64,000 nucleotides of DNA from the human T2T-CHM13v2.0 reference genome, Homo sapiens. The DNA is taken from NCBI RefSeq assembly GCF_009914755.1, contig NC_060931.1. One strand, written 5' to 3'. The notes beneath the pieces were generated by a model. It searched no databases and was not told the origin of the DNA. It saw only the letters and a list, made by a program, of their open reading frames with translations. Made by a program: the position numbers and the translations under genes. This document shows, piece by piece, positions 50,951-62,621 of the stretch (its first letter is position 1; each line of letters starts with the position of its first letter).

Positions 50951-53120
50951 TGTTGAGGTGGCAGAGAGGGTCATTATTGGTTTACCCAGGAGATGCTAAC
51001 AGCAGAAGAGAAAATCTCACATCCCAGGCGTGTGTCTCTGGTGCGCCATTTTTCCCCAACCCATTTGGTGGAAAGTTCCCCAAATAGCTACCTAAAGATG
51101 AAGATAGTTTAGGCATTTTACACGTGACATCATTGGCCTCATCTCAACCGAGGCCTGACTGGGCAGTGTCTCAAAGACACAATGGCAACCTGATTCTCAG
51201 GAACAGGTGGTGCTCCAGCTTTGTGTGAGCGACTTTCAAGGTATAGAGCACTTGGGGAGTCTTTGAAACTCCTCAGGCTTCACAACTTTGCTTTGAATGG
51301 AATGTTCATCACCCCCGGCACTCACGGAGGTACCTTTACTCTCTCGGGCTGATCTGTTTAATTTTTCTGTCCAGACAATGGAAACTTCTGGGAGCACTTC
51401 TGGTTTCGTGTAGCTTCCTAATAATTGATGTCCCTTAATTCCAGGTGTCCTCAGGGAAAGTTCCTTTGATTCTGGAATGGCTCCAGCTTTTATGCTTTTG
51501 TGTTTAATCCGTAAAAACCAAGGTGTTAATCTACATAAAAATAAGACCTTGTTCATATCACACATTCCAACAGGCTTCATTTCTGATTCCTGAATGCGGA
51601 TTACTATTTTAAAAAAGCCTAAAAACTCTGGTCATGGATATTAGACACTGTTATTGTACTTTGTGAAGAATTTACTCCTTCAAGATCAATTACACACGGG
51701 CTCATCAGCACCTTTGTCAATAAAGGAACAAGAACCATGTGGCATCTATGGATGTGGTGAGGTGAAGTATAGGGAGACCACAGCATAACAGCTCTTCCCT
51801 TGTTTTCAGTAGAGTTTGTGGGGTCAAGTACCTGCATTCTTCCCCCATCCCTCAATATTCTCATTCTACTCTTGACTGTTCCCTCTTTAGGTGGGAGTTT
51901 CTAAATACACTCGTCCGCAAGTGTTGGTGGGGATGTTGTAATGTGAGTTCATCCATCATCCGTCACCTTAAAGATGAGTGGAGAGGATTTTGTGATCTGT
52001 GTTCAAGAGGCACTGCTGTTGGGTGGGTGGCTGCAAAAACACGTGATCTCAGCTGTCCCCAGCAGCTGCCTCACAAGATTGGTCCTGATGCAGCCACAGC
52101 TGCTGTTCACAGAGCCAGGAGCTCCTTGCAGTTTGGTGTATTCTGCTGAGATTTGTGGCTCTGACCCTCCTCTGCTCACCCCATTCCTGGTAGTATCTGC
52201 TCAGCTGCCTGGTTTGGTCCAGTGTTTCCTGGGAGCCTGTTGTGTAACTGCATTTCAGAGGGTCTTTGGGGATTCCACCCTCACTACACCAGTCACTCTA
52301 CACTGGCCATGCACTTAGCTTCTTGGGGCCCTGTGTGTGTCCTCTTCCAGTGGAGCTGTGAAGAGTTCTAGTTAGGGATAGATCTCATTCTCATGCACCT
52401 CAGGCTGCTTCAAAAGCTGATCATCTCATCTTTGGACACATGGACATTATTCCTTTTGTGTATTTTGAAGTCTGATGCTGTTTTTTTTTTCTTTTTTAAA
52501 AAGTAATGTGGACCCTTACAGTAACAGTAACAGTCATTTTTAATTATCTTTGTGAATTTAACTCTGGCAACAATTTCATGAAGTTGACATGTGGTTCTCA
52601 TTTTATAGGTGAGAAAACTGACACTTGGAGAGGTAGAGTAGCTTTATTTACTTCACACAAGCTTTTGATGAATTTCAAGTCTCAACCTAGAAGTCTTCCT
52701 CTAAGGTATGACTGTGGCATATTCTTTGTGTTTCTCTGCCAGCATCCCGAAGGGGTCCACATCCCATTTGGACTCCATTTTCTTCTTAATGACAGGAAAC
52801 TTCTAGAAACAGGCCTTCAGTTGGGGAGAGCACTTGCTGGCCCTTGGCCTTCCCTATCCTCCGCCTTCCCCTTGGCAGGGCTTAGGTGATTTGAGGGAGC
52901 TGGAGCAGCGACCAGCACTTACGTGGAATGCTTGTTGTTATGTAAAGATAACACCCACTCACTTTTTGAGGTGCGATTTTTTTGGTTCTAATTATTCCTC
53001 TGGGATTTCTCTTCCAGGTTCGTGCTTTCACGCACCTGTAATTCAAATACTGATGAAAACAAAACTATTGCCCTCCTACCAAATGGTAACAATGTGTGTA
53101 TGTTTTTCTGTTTCTAATTA

Positions 53121-53495
<375 letters not shown>

Positions 53496-54509
53496 TCATA
53501 CTATATTTTTTAATTTTGCTATTTCACAGGCAATATATCATTTACATTATTCTATATCAATGCATGAGATTCTAACTCCCTATTTTTAATGTCTTAAATG
53601 TATTCCAATGGGCATACAAGATTTGTTTCACTGTTTATTCTTTTATAGAAACTTAGATTATTTCTAATTCCATTGTAATTAAAAAATGCAGTGATAAGAT
53701 TCTTGTACATAATTTACTACACTGACAACTAACCGTTCAGTTTATCTTGCCTTCTTTTAGTCAGAGAATATGTCACGAGTTTAATATTTATTTTATGATT
53801 TGATTCATAGGGAAATTAATGTTATGACTGGATAAGACAATTGTGAAGAAACTGCACTTCGAGGTTGTCTGTCTCCGTATTCCGATGGAAAAGGCTGGAC
53901 TTTAGAAGCATTGCTCGCTCCTTCAGTTTCTAACAAGTCAGTATTCTCATAGCAATTTAAATTTAAATGTTTGAATTGTTTCTCCTTCCCTCGTTCACCT
54001 GAAACTTCTGACTCCAGGGTTTTTCAGTTGGGGTTTAGAGAGGATAACTCCCATATCGCTGTTGTATCTATTTCTCTTCAGCATCTGGCTGCATGTGCTA
54101 AAGATCATAGAATTAGACCAGGTCCTGTATATATTTTGGGACCAAAAATTCAAAGTAATCAACTCAAGACAGGAGTCTACAACTTTGATTCTTAACAAAA
54201 GATTTCCTTTGATTTCCCCAAATCTTTATGATTCCTAGAAGAAATTCACCCATGGGTGAAGCATGTGGTTCTGTTGAATAACATTTTGTTGGGGATTTCC
54301 ACGTCGAGTTTCATGAGGCATACTGTTTTCCAGGGTTTTCTTTTTTTTTTTTTTTTTTTTTGGTACTGCCTTTCTCTGATTCTATTGGAGAGTAATACTA
54401 GCCTTCTAAAATATATTGGGAAATGTTCCCTCCTCTGCTACTTTTAGACAATATTATACTCATAATGACAAGTTTTCTGTAAAAATGCTCTGAAAAAAAA
54501 ATGTAGGGT

Positions 54510-54796
54510 GGGCTGGGCATGGTGGCTCATACCAGCACTTTGGGAGGCCGAGGCAGGCAGATCACTAGGTCAGGAGTTCGAGACCACCTGACCGACATGG
54601 TGAAACCCCGTCTCTACTAAAAATACAAAAATTAGCCAGGCATGGTGGCGTGTGCCTGTAATCCCAGCTACTCAGGAGGCTGAGGCAGGAGAATCACTTG
54701 AAACCAGGAGGTGGAGGTTGCAGTGAGTCAAGATCACGCCATTGCACTATAGCCTAGGTGACAGAGCAAGACTCTGTCTCAAAAAAAAAAAAAAAA
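54510..54796 (+). mobile_element. Alu
   Basis: Flanked by TGTAGGGTG on both sides. Confidence 0.9.
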
Positions 54797-55349
54797 GTGT
54801 AGGGTGCCTTTTCTCTTTTGTACTGGGTAATATTATTTATCTTGATTGGTATTTACCCATATAGCTGCCAATGGTTTAATGAGCCCCCATCTTCTACTCA
54901 CCAATCTTACCCCTACTTCAGCCACTCCTCCCTACTTTCTGGTACTCAGCCCCGTGTTTTTCTCTCCTCACATTCTCAACCCTATCTCTTTAATGTGGGG
55001 ACTTCCATGCGTTGCCTATATCCAACCACCCTGCACTGCCAGGAGGCTCTGCAGGCTCTAAGCTGGGGCAGCAATGTGGTCCCCTTAGTTTCAGCCTCCA
55101 GACCTCAGTCCTGTGCTCCTTGCAGATGCTTCTAGTGTCTGGAAACATCTGGTTCATGTAGTTGGTCTGGCTTCCTATGTGTTTGGTTCCAGAGGGAGTC
55201 TGTTTCTTGCTCTTCCACCATACAGAGAAGGCAAAGCTCTGAATTGATTTTGAAATCAATTCTTGATTATTTCTTTTGGAATGAAATACATTGTCTATTA
55301 CTTTATGATGACATAAATATTGTAGCTTAGTTTGTGGCAGTTAGAGTTT

Positions 55350-55527
55350 CATTTTTATTTATTGTTTTACAGGCCATGCCACCATGCCCAGCTAATGTTT
55401 TATTGTTTGGCAGAGACATGGTCTCACTCTGTGGCCCAGGCTAGTTCCAATTCCTAGGTTTACACAATTCTCCCACCTTGGCCTCCCAAAGCGCTGGGAT
55501 TACAGGCATGAGCCACTGTGCTTGGCC
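55350..55527 (-). mobile_element. Alu fragment
   Basis: Antisense left arm. Confidence 0.75.
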
Positions 55528-55917
55528 AATAGTTAAAATTTTAAATTATTATGTACAATACTGTGATATGCCATATTTAACTTATTCAGAGACAAGGCTT
55601 TAATAAAAATTACTTTATGTTAGAATATTTTTCTTTAATTTTTTCAGATTAGTTTTCTTTTTTTCCCCCTAATCTTTTTGTTCTAGCCTCAGTCGCCTTT
55701 ACCCTGAGTTTCCATGTTTCCATCCTGGGCAGCAGAGGCAGCTCCATGGATGATGGGCCTGTGGCTCTGTGTACTTGGAGCTCTTACCCAGTAAGACTTT
55801 GTGACCAGGAGGCCTCTTTTCAGGACAGATCACCTGCATGTAAAACAAAGAGCCCTTCCAGGCCAGGAGTACTTAGCCAAAATCTTTTTGCTTTCGCATT
55901 TTATTTTTGTTTGTTAG

Positions 55918-56211
<294 letters not shown>

Positions 56212-56611
56212 TGAGTTTTTGAGTCATTATCCATCATTGGACACAATAAATATCCAGACACACAGATGTTCTCCAACATGTCTATGAGTTTAGAGATTGG
56301 ACATTTCTTTTTCCAGGGATCCTGGTTCTTGACCTTCTCATTTAAGGTTTTGTCATCTCCCAGCAGCAGACACAAGGTTTCCTTAAGCCCTGTCAGTGTA
56401 GAGGGGAGGGTCTTTGAAAAGTACCAAGGATACACTGTGAGTATTTCAAGATTTATCCACATTTCTCTGTCTCTTCCAGGCCAGTTCTTGGAGATACTAG
56501 GAAGCCAAGAGTTTCCTCCAGGAATGGAGATTCCTTGGAAGTGAGGTTCACCTTGAGTCAAGAAAGACGAATCACACACGGTCAAAGGCAATTGCCCAGG
56601 GTCTCAAGAAC

Positions 56612-57660
56612 AGAGCCAGAAAGAAGAGCTGGGGCCGGCGGGATTGTGGGGGTCCTCTCTCCCACCTGAAAAGCTACAGCTGCCTGCCGATCCTCTCAAG
56701 AGGAGACCTCTCTGGGCTCCAGCACCTAAAACAGACAAACCTGGGAGGATGCTTCTCTCTTCTGTGTCACACGTGTCCTGGAGAAAACCCATGTATCTGA
56801 ATGACCAAAGAAAAGTATGAGAAAAAGTGCAAAATCTGTGCCAGGCCATTCAGTGTCTGGCTGGGGCTCTGGGGTGCACATGCATTCCAAGAAGACTGAA
56901 GGGTGCCAAGCCTGCAGGAAATGTCCATCAGACCTGCCTCTCACACCTGGAGTAGGACTGCCCGTCCAGCTTCATGATGCAGAACTGTCTTTAAAAGGTG
57001 ACTGCAGATATGGAGAGAGGGAATTCTAACCCTGATAGAACATGACCAGCTGTCCTGCTGGGGAAAGCTGCATCTACCAGTGACACGCTGCTCAAACTGG
57101 CCCAGGACACACTCTTACTACTTAAGGAATAAGCCCCACATTTGCTCTTTGTGGGTAAAAGGAGAGGGTGAGAGAGGAGGGGAGTGTCCGCACAGACATG
57201 AGAAGCCTGCAGATCCAGATGACCCCTTGCTGATCAGAATATGAAAGATCGATATGCGGAAACAATGACCCCATAGCAGATGAGCTTCTAGAGCAGGCTT
57301 CAACCATGGGTCATCTGGACCCACTGGTGGAGAAGTCGGCCCCCACTCTATGTTGATGGTCTGGGGGATACCATTACTGAGACAGATTTAAGAAATAATC
57401 TCTACCTGTTGGCGAAATCTGGATGGTCACTTGTGCGAGACAGCAGTGTGCTCTCATCAGCTTTCCACAGGGCAGGCTGCGGAAATGGTGCTGAGAAGTC
57501 CTTTTGTAAATTGATTGTCCATGGCTGCAGACTTACCATCAAATGGAAGAAGATTCCAAGCTCTCAAAGAAAAGGAAAAATAGAAGGATGGAACCACAGA
57601 CTCTGGGATCCTGCCAGAGCCTATTTCAGTGCTGCCAGGAGCTCCTCCTCCCCCTGCAGC
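56612..57660 (+). pseudogene. RBM22P: Processed RBM22 pseudogene (spliceosomal CCCH zinc finger + RRM protein), 3'-truncated
   Basis: Intronless match to RBM22 as recalled. The start codon is lost at 56701 (ctcaag-AGGAGACCTCTCTGGGC). Recognisable blocks: [83 protein letters not shown]. Multiple frameshifts and stops, plus a short deletion near 57000. Copy number suffix unknown. Confidence 0.93.
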
Positions 57661-58564
57661 TCTGGTCCCCACCTTGGAGCCTCCTTCCAAGGAGTGAGAC
57701 TACCTTTCTGACTTTTTCTGACCATAGACACCTTTTCTGACTTTTTCTGTCCTTGGCACCTGCTGAGGACAGCAGACCCAGGGACCCGGGCTCCTGGGCC
57801 CATTCTTGCCCAGCTTCTTCTTGATCATGTGACTTGAAGGCATTCTTGTGCAGTGGAAGCAGGGCCCCAGGACCATCTGATAGATTGATGGTCTCTGGCC
57901 TCTGCTCCACTGATGGTCGGATGGTGGCCACTCAGGGTGTGAGAGCCTAGCCATCGCTGCTTCCTTGAGTTGAAGAGGTTGGAGGCTGGTCCACCTGCTC
58001 CTATCCCACCCTTGGCGATGTGGATGGTTGCTCTTTGAGCCTGGTAACGTCACTGCCTTGGCCCTGCCAGGCATGCTTGCCTTGTGGGGGCCCTGCGTAC
58101 CCACACACTACTTTAAGGGGCTTGCTCTTCCTTGGGCCAAATTCTAGTTTTGGCCAGTGCCCCAGGAAGTTCAGTCCCCTGTTTTGTTATCTTGGCTATT
58201 TCTGGGGCACCCGTGGTTCTCCTGGGTCCCTTTTCTCCCAGGGCTTGGGCTGGGCTTGGCATCTGTAGGTCTGGGATGTTTGCCCTGTGAGGGAGGCTCT
58301 GTCACACAAGTGGGCAGGCATGGGGACATGTGACAGGCTGCTGGCTGGCTAGGGCTCTGCAGATGCCACAATCCTTCTCCTCTACAGCAGCCTCTGAGTC
58401 CAGCTTCCACATTGACACTGATTTCACCGGGCGCAGGAGCTGCCTGGGGTTGTCTGGGTGCTGTCTTGGCTCCTTTAAGGCTGTGCTGCTCAGTGGCCCC
58501 TGAGAAAGGTCAGGTCCAGGTGCCACCATGCAAGGGGAGTGTCTATGGCCCTACTGCTGGGATT

Positions 58565-59050
58565 TCAGTGGGCTGGGCAAGGCCTGGTTGTGGGGGCCCT
58601 GATGGTCTTCAGGGCCAGGGCCTGTCCTATGGTCCTGGGGGTGTCCAGGGAAGATGAAAGAACAGGGGTTCGGCATCCCTGCTCAAAGCTGCACTGTGGA
58701 CACCATGAGCCCCGGATGTCCAGGTCCATGGGGAGTTTGGGAGAGAATTTCAACACAGAACTCACCAAAAATCCCATGGTCTATCCTGAGATAGGAACAG
58801 ACTTTCCACATCTTGAGCCGCTGGGCCCCCAGAGAGTGACCTGCTGTCGTGGGCTCTATGGAATTCTCATGCTGCTGGGCCTTGGCCTCAGGTCAGCTTC
58901 TGGGCTTCTGGAGCTGGGCTGGTGGGCCAGGGAGGGCCAGCCCACCCCCCTTGGGAAGGGTCTCCATGCTGAGGGATGCCCACAGAGGCCTGGGTGCCAG
59001 AGACACTCACCCCAGGACCAGGGCCTTCGTAGAGATCTTTGTATGTTTAG
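58565..59050 (-). pseudogene. TBC1D3-like terminal exon remnant
   Basis: ccattcag|CTAAA gives AKHTK...*VSLAPRPLWASLSMETLPKGGGLALPGPPAQLQKP and later LPMDLDIRGSWCPQCSFEQGC. These resemble TBC1D3 SRPVPASRGGKTLCKG..PGPPARFPRP and LPTDLDVEGPWF..DFRQSC. The 3' end is not determined. Confidence 0.75.
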
Positions 59051-59176
59051 CTGAATGGAAAGTGAACTTGGTCCACTTCTCCCCCAAGCTCATCTGACCC
59101 TTGTATGGTTTGAGTTTTTGGAGTCTTGGGGTCTCTAGTAACCCACCTGGTCTGACACTGAGGAAACACCTACAGG

Positions 59177-59303
59177 CTGCTGATCCCACAGTGAGGGGTG
59201 TGTGCCGCCTGGGCATGGGCATTTGTGAGTGAGGGGCCCTGCTGATCCCACAGTGAGGGGTGTGTGCCGCCTGGGGTATGGGAACTCGTGAGTGGGGACC
59301 CCT
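59177..59303. repeat. 62-bp tandem duplication in TBC pseudogene intron
   Basis: CTGCTGATCCCACAGTGAGGGGTGTGTGCCGCCTGGG at 59177 and 59239. Confidence 0.9.
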
Positions 59304-59638
59304 GTTGCTCTCTGGCCCTGTTGGTGCTCGCAGCTATGTGTGTGGGCTGGCACAGATGGGACTGAACCCTCCAGGGCCCTCCAGGGTTCTTCTAGGGCAG
59401 GAGTGGAAGGGTGTGGTGGGGGGCTTGGAGGGGTCTTGCCCTCATCCCCTGCCCTGTTACTGAGGTGAGTCCAACACCTGCCTTGGGGCCCAGCTGGCCT
59501 GTTTTTAGAAGCTTCTTAGAGAAGGAAGAGGAGGAGGAGAAGGAAGGCCTGGGAAGCAGGGATGGAGGGTCCTGGGCACTGCCCACTATTTACTGTCTTA
59601 GATGGTGACTCAGGAAGGGACCTGGTGCTGGAGTCCAC

Positions 59639-59788
59639 CTAGGGGGCAGGTCACAGTGCATCCTTCTGAGCTCAGCCATGAAGGCCTAAAAGTGCCTGAG
59701 AACCACATCATCATCCAGAGCCCAGGCCTGGGACACTGCGTCTTGGGAGAGCTCCCACAGGACAAACAGGAGAGCTTCAGGAGAGGGT
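59639..59788 (-). pseudogene. TBC-family pseudo-exon (..DDDVVLRHF*AFMAELRRMHCDLPP)
   Basis: cctag acceptor and gtggac donor, 150 nt. TAG at 59686-59688. Confidence 0.85.
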
Positions 59789-60183
59789 CTAGGTTTGGGG
59801 CTGGGCGTCAGGCCAGGAGGGGTCTCCTGGGAGGGTTCTGTGCCTTCACCCTGTTTCTGCCCTGTGCACCTTGCACTGGGCAGTGCTGGGTCCTTTCTGG
59901 ACACCCCTGGGGTCCAGCTCTGCACAGGAGGCAACAGATACCGGAAAGCCCATGCAGGGAAGCGCTCGCCACACTCCTGCCTTTCATCTGAGTTGTGTTA
60001 GGGGTGGGTTCAGTTTCCAGGAGGACTCATGGTGCCCTGTCCAGCCCACCAGGGCTGGATTGGTTTGGCCCTCCCTCTGGGCTAAAGCAGAAGGTTCTGT
60101 GGGCAGTGTGGGCACTGCCCTCGGGCCAGGTTTCATGTACTTGTGTGCTCCCCCAGCGCCCTCGGGCACATGGGGACAGGGTT

Positions 60184-60294
60184 CCGTGCACTTTCAATGC
60201 CACATGTGCCCTGGCTGTGAGCATGTGCTTGCCCTGGAGAAGGCAGATGTACCAGAGCCTCAGGATGAGCTTGTGATGAGCTTGAAGTAGGAGT
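60184..60294 (-). pseudogene. TBC-family pseudo-exon (LRLW motif) with a small internal duplication
   Basis: LILRLWYICLLQGKHMLTARAHVALKVH. GATGAGCTTG is repeated at 60264-60273 and 60275-60284. Acceptor reads caa; no GT donor. Confidence 0.85.
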
Positions 60295-60755
60295 TTGTGG
60301 GGACAGCAGGCATGGGAGGACCTGGTCCTTCAAGGTAGAGGGCTGGTGGCCTGAGCAGGGCCTACTGGGGCCTCAGTCTGTGGTGCTGGGGGTCCCCTAT
60401 GTATGGGGTGAGACCTCCCACAGGAGGCTGGATCAGGTAAGGTTTTGCAGCTTCTTATAGGGGTGGTCTCACCTCCATCAAATGTGGCCCCTGAAAGAAG
60501 GGGCTCCCCAAGTACTCTCCCAAGATGAGTCCTGGCCCAGTCTGCCCAGGATGCTGGCCCTGAGTCCCAGCCCCAGCCGTATGATACCCCCTCTCAGGCA
60601 GGGCATGGTTTGTGTGCCATGCAGGGACCTGCATCTGCCTCCTGTGCAGAGGAAGGGAGCTGGGTCCTTCTGGAGGAGCCAGACCCCTAAGCTGGGGAAG
60701 CCAGGCCCTGTAGGGCAGCAGGGTCCCTGGCCTGGGGTCTCTTGTGCACACTTAT

Positions 60756-60821
60756 CCCATGAATCAACAAATGTAGAAGCCATTTTAAGGTGGCAATCTG
60801 GGTACACAACATTTGCTTGTC
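60756..60821 (-). pseudogene. TBC-family pseudo-exon (DKQMLCTQ..KWLL..G)
   Basis: 66 nt. Donor mutated to ataagt and acceptor degenerate. Confidence 0.8.
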
Positions 60822-61054
60822 TTCACAGAAGGAGCAGAGGTGTTCAGAGCCCGCTGGACTGCCCTGAAAACCTCACTATTCCAGGCTCCTCTGCAGACCC
60901 TTCCCAAGGCTAGAACTCCAGGCAGTAGGCTGGGCTGTCACCCTCTTCTCTGAGATCCTTCCCCTGTCCTGAGACCTCCCCATTGCCCCTCAGATGCCGC
61001 ATCCCTTCAGATTGCCCACCTCCCCTGGGACCCTCCATGCCCCACATGCCTTAC

Positions 61055-61161
61055 TTGATGCTGCGGCGCTCTCTCAACATGGCGTGGCTTATGAAGGTGT
61101 GGCTCACATCAAGGTCATTCTGGTGCACGTTCACTGAGGACATCTTGGCCTGCTTCATTTT
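61055..61161 (-). pseudogene. TBC-family pseudo-exon carrying a degenerate IxxDxxR motif (NDLDVSH)
   Basis: ctatag|AAAATGAAG...CATCAA|gtaagg. Open frame; the arginine-finger position is His. Confidence 0.9.
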
Positions 61162-61460
61162 CTATAGAGCAGGGCCAAGCCTCAGAACAGACACAAGACT
61201 CACTGTCAAAATTGCTGTCATGAAATAGCAGTTCTGGAAGGAAAGGAGGCTTTTTCTGCAGAAACTTCTCTTTATTTCCAAAGCCAGGGAAAGTCAGCAG
61301 CACGCAGCTCACCTGTGTTGCCCATGCCACTGTCTGCCCAGGATTTGTGACTGACCCCTTCTGCCCCCTTGGGGTTGACTTTCCCTCCATCTGGGTAACG
61401 GGGCTTCTGACACGGTCCGGCCTATGCATCCTGCTCTGGCTGGGACTGGAAGGACCAGAC

Positions 61461-61568
61461 CTGGTATTTCCCTGGGTTCTTGGCCTTCGCCTTCTCGACA
61501 TTCAGTAGGGATGACCATGCTGGGCCCCAGACATCTGTGAGGTTTCCTTTGCAGATCCAATGAGACAT
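61461..61568 (-). pseudogene. TBC-family pseudo-exon (..GPAWSSLLNVEKAKAKNPGKYQ), open with AG/GT intact
   Basis: ccacag|ATG...TACCAG|gtctgg, 108 nt. Resembles TBC1D3 ..RGPMWSVLLN..KNPGRYQ. Confidence 0.9.
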
Positions 61569-62020
61569 CTGTGGACAGAAGAATGCTCTGGTGAGACAGG
61601 CCTCAGGGTGACCCCAAGGGGGATCCGAACCTAAGGATTCTGGAAGCTTCCAGCCTTTGGCTCCACGTTTCCTCAGGAGAGGTTCAGTCTGCCTAGGACT
61701 GGGCCTCCCTTCCCCTGAATAAAGAGTGAGCAAGAGCTCAGGTTGTGAACTCTGATCAGGATTTATTCCTTCCTTTGGGGTGACCAGAAGATGTTCCCGT
61801 TCCTGGCTTAGAAGTGGCCCAGGCCCTGGCATCAGATTCCTCCCAGCAAGGTGATCCTTGCAGGGATGGGCAGAAGGGCTGGGGACCAGGCCTGTTGTCC
61901 TTTTGGTGAGGAAAGTGTACCCTTCTCTGTCTGAGAGGCAGGCAGCACCAGGCAGCAACAATGGGCACCTGTCCTAAACCCTGAAGAGTGGTCACGGGGG
62001 ACACTCACTCACCACTGTGC

Positions 62021-62101
62021 CTTCTCACTGTTCCTAGATTTATTCCAGTTGTTAAGCATTCATAGCCATTTATCTGTGCATCTGATGCCCTGATGTTTTT
62101 G
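62021..62101 (-). pseudogene. TBC-family pseudo-exon (KWxxML exon) with in-frame TGA
   Basis: tgcag acceptor, 81 nt, QKHQGIRCTDKWL*MLNNWNKSRNSEK. Stop at 62060-62062. Donor is GC. Confidence 0.85.
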
Positions 62102-62582
62102 CTGCAGATAAGAAGTGATGGAGTGAGCTGAGCTGCCAGGCTTCCTGGAGTGATTCTTGGATGCTGGGTCATGTGCTTAGGGGCCCCGATGTGACTGAAC
62201 TGGAAGGAGCCAGAATAGGAGAGAACCCAGCCCCTGATGAATGGACACTTGTGGCCTGGCCTCATGACCACAGGACACACTGTTCCCAGGGCACAGACAC
62301 ACTGGGCTTTGGTTGGATCTTGGCCTCCAAGTAGGGCCCTGGTGGGCAGCGGGCCGCGATTCCTGAGACACTACTGTGATTCTCGGTGGTGGCTGTGGTA
62401 AAACACCTGCAGGGCTGGAGTTTAGTGTGAGATTCAGCAGGAACTGTGGCCTCTCCCAGTGACAATGTGTCACTCCCACTCACCAGCACCCATGCCCACA
62501 GGCCACAGCCTCTGCCTCACCAAACCCCCACCAAGTCGCACATCTATGGAGCAGCTCCCATGCAGCAGAGTCAGGTTCTTAC

Positions 62583-62621
62583 CTCCACCTCCAGGGCACA
62601 GACAGGGGCAGCTCTGTCTCA
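62583..62621 (-). pseudogene. TBC-family pseudo-exon (ETELP exon)
   Basis: TGAGACAGAGCTGCCC...GGTGGAG|gtaag. Acceptor reads cat instead of cag. 39 nt versus 40 nt recalled for TBC1D3. Confidence 0.75.

Larger units (their letters stand above)
58565..62621 (-). pseudogene. Unprocessed (intron-containing) pseudogene of the TBC1D3/TBC1D26/USP6NL Rab-GAP TBC-domain family
   Basis: Eight exon remnants lie in the expected order on the minus strand: 62583-62621 (ETELP.., 39 nt), 62021-62101 (QKHQGIRCTDKWL*MLNNWNKSRNSEK, 81 nt), 61461-61568 (MSHWICKGNLTDVWGPAWSSLLNVEKAKAKNPGKYQ, 108 nt), 61055-61161 (KMKQAKMSSVNVHQNDLDVSHTFISHAMLRERRSI, 107 nt), 60756-60821 (DKQMLCTQIATLKWLLHLLIHG, 66 nt), ~60184-60294 (..LILRLWYICLLQGKHMLTARAHVALKVH), 59639-59788 (..QAWALDDDVVLRHF*AFMAELRRMHCDLPP), and a terminal exon from 59050 (..LPMDLDIRGSW..). 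Lengths match the TBC1D3 coding exons as recalled. Disabled by stops, frameshifts and splice-site mutations. Confidence 0.9.

Noticed and set aside
51236-51864. Minus-strand ORFs considered as a possible retrocopy
   Set aside because: No recognisable parent in the frames examined; treated as unique or intronic sequence.
60473-60531. Exon-like segment on minus strand (ccag|GACTC...GGAG|gtgaga)
   Set aside because: Does not match a TBC exon; the true 66-nt exon is at 60756-60821.
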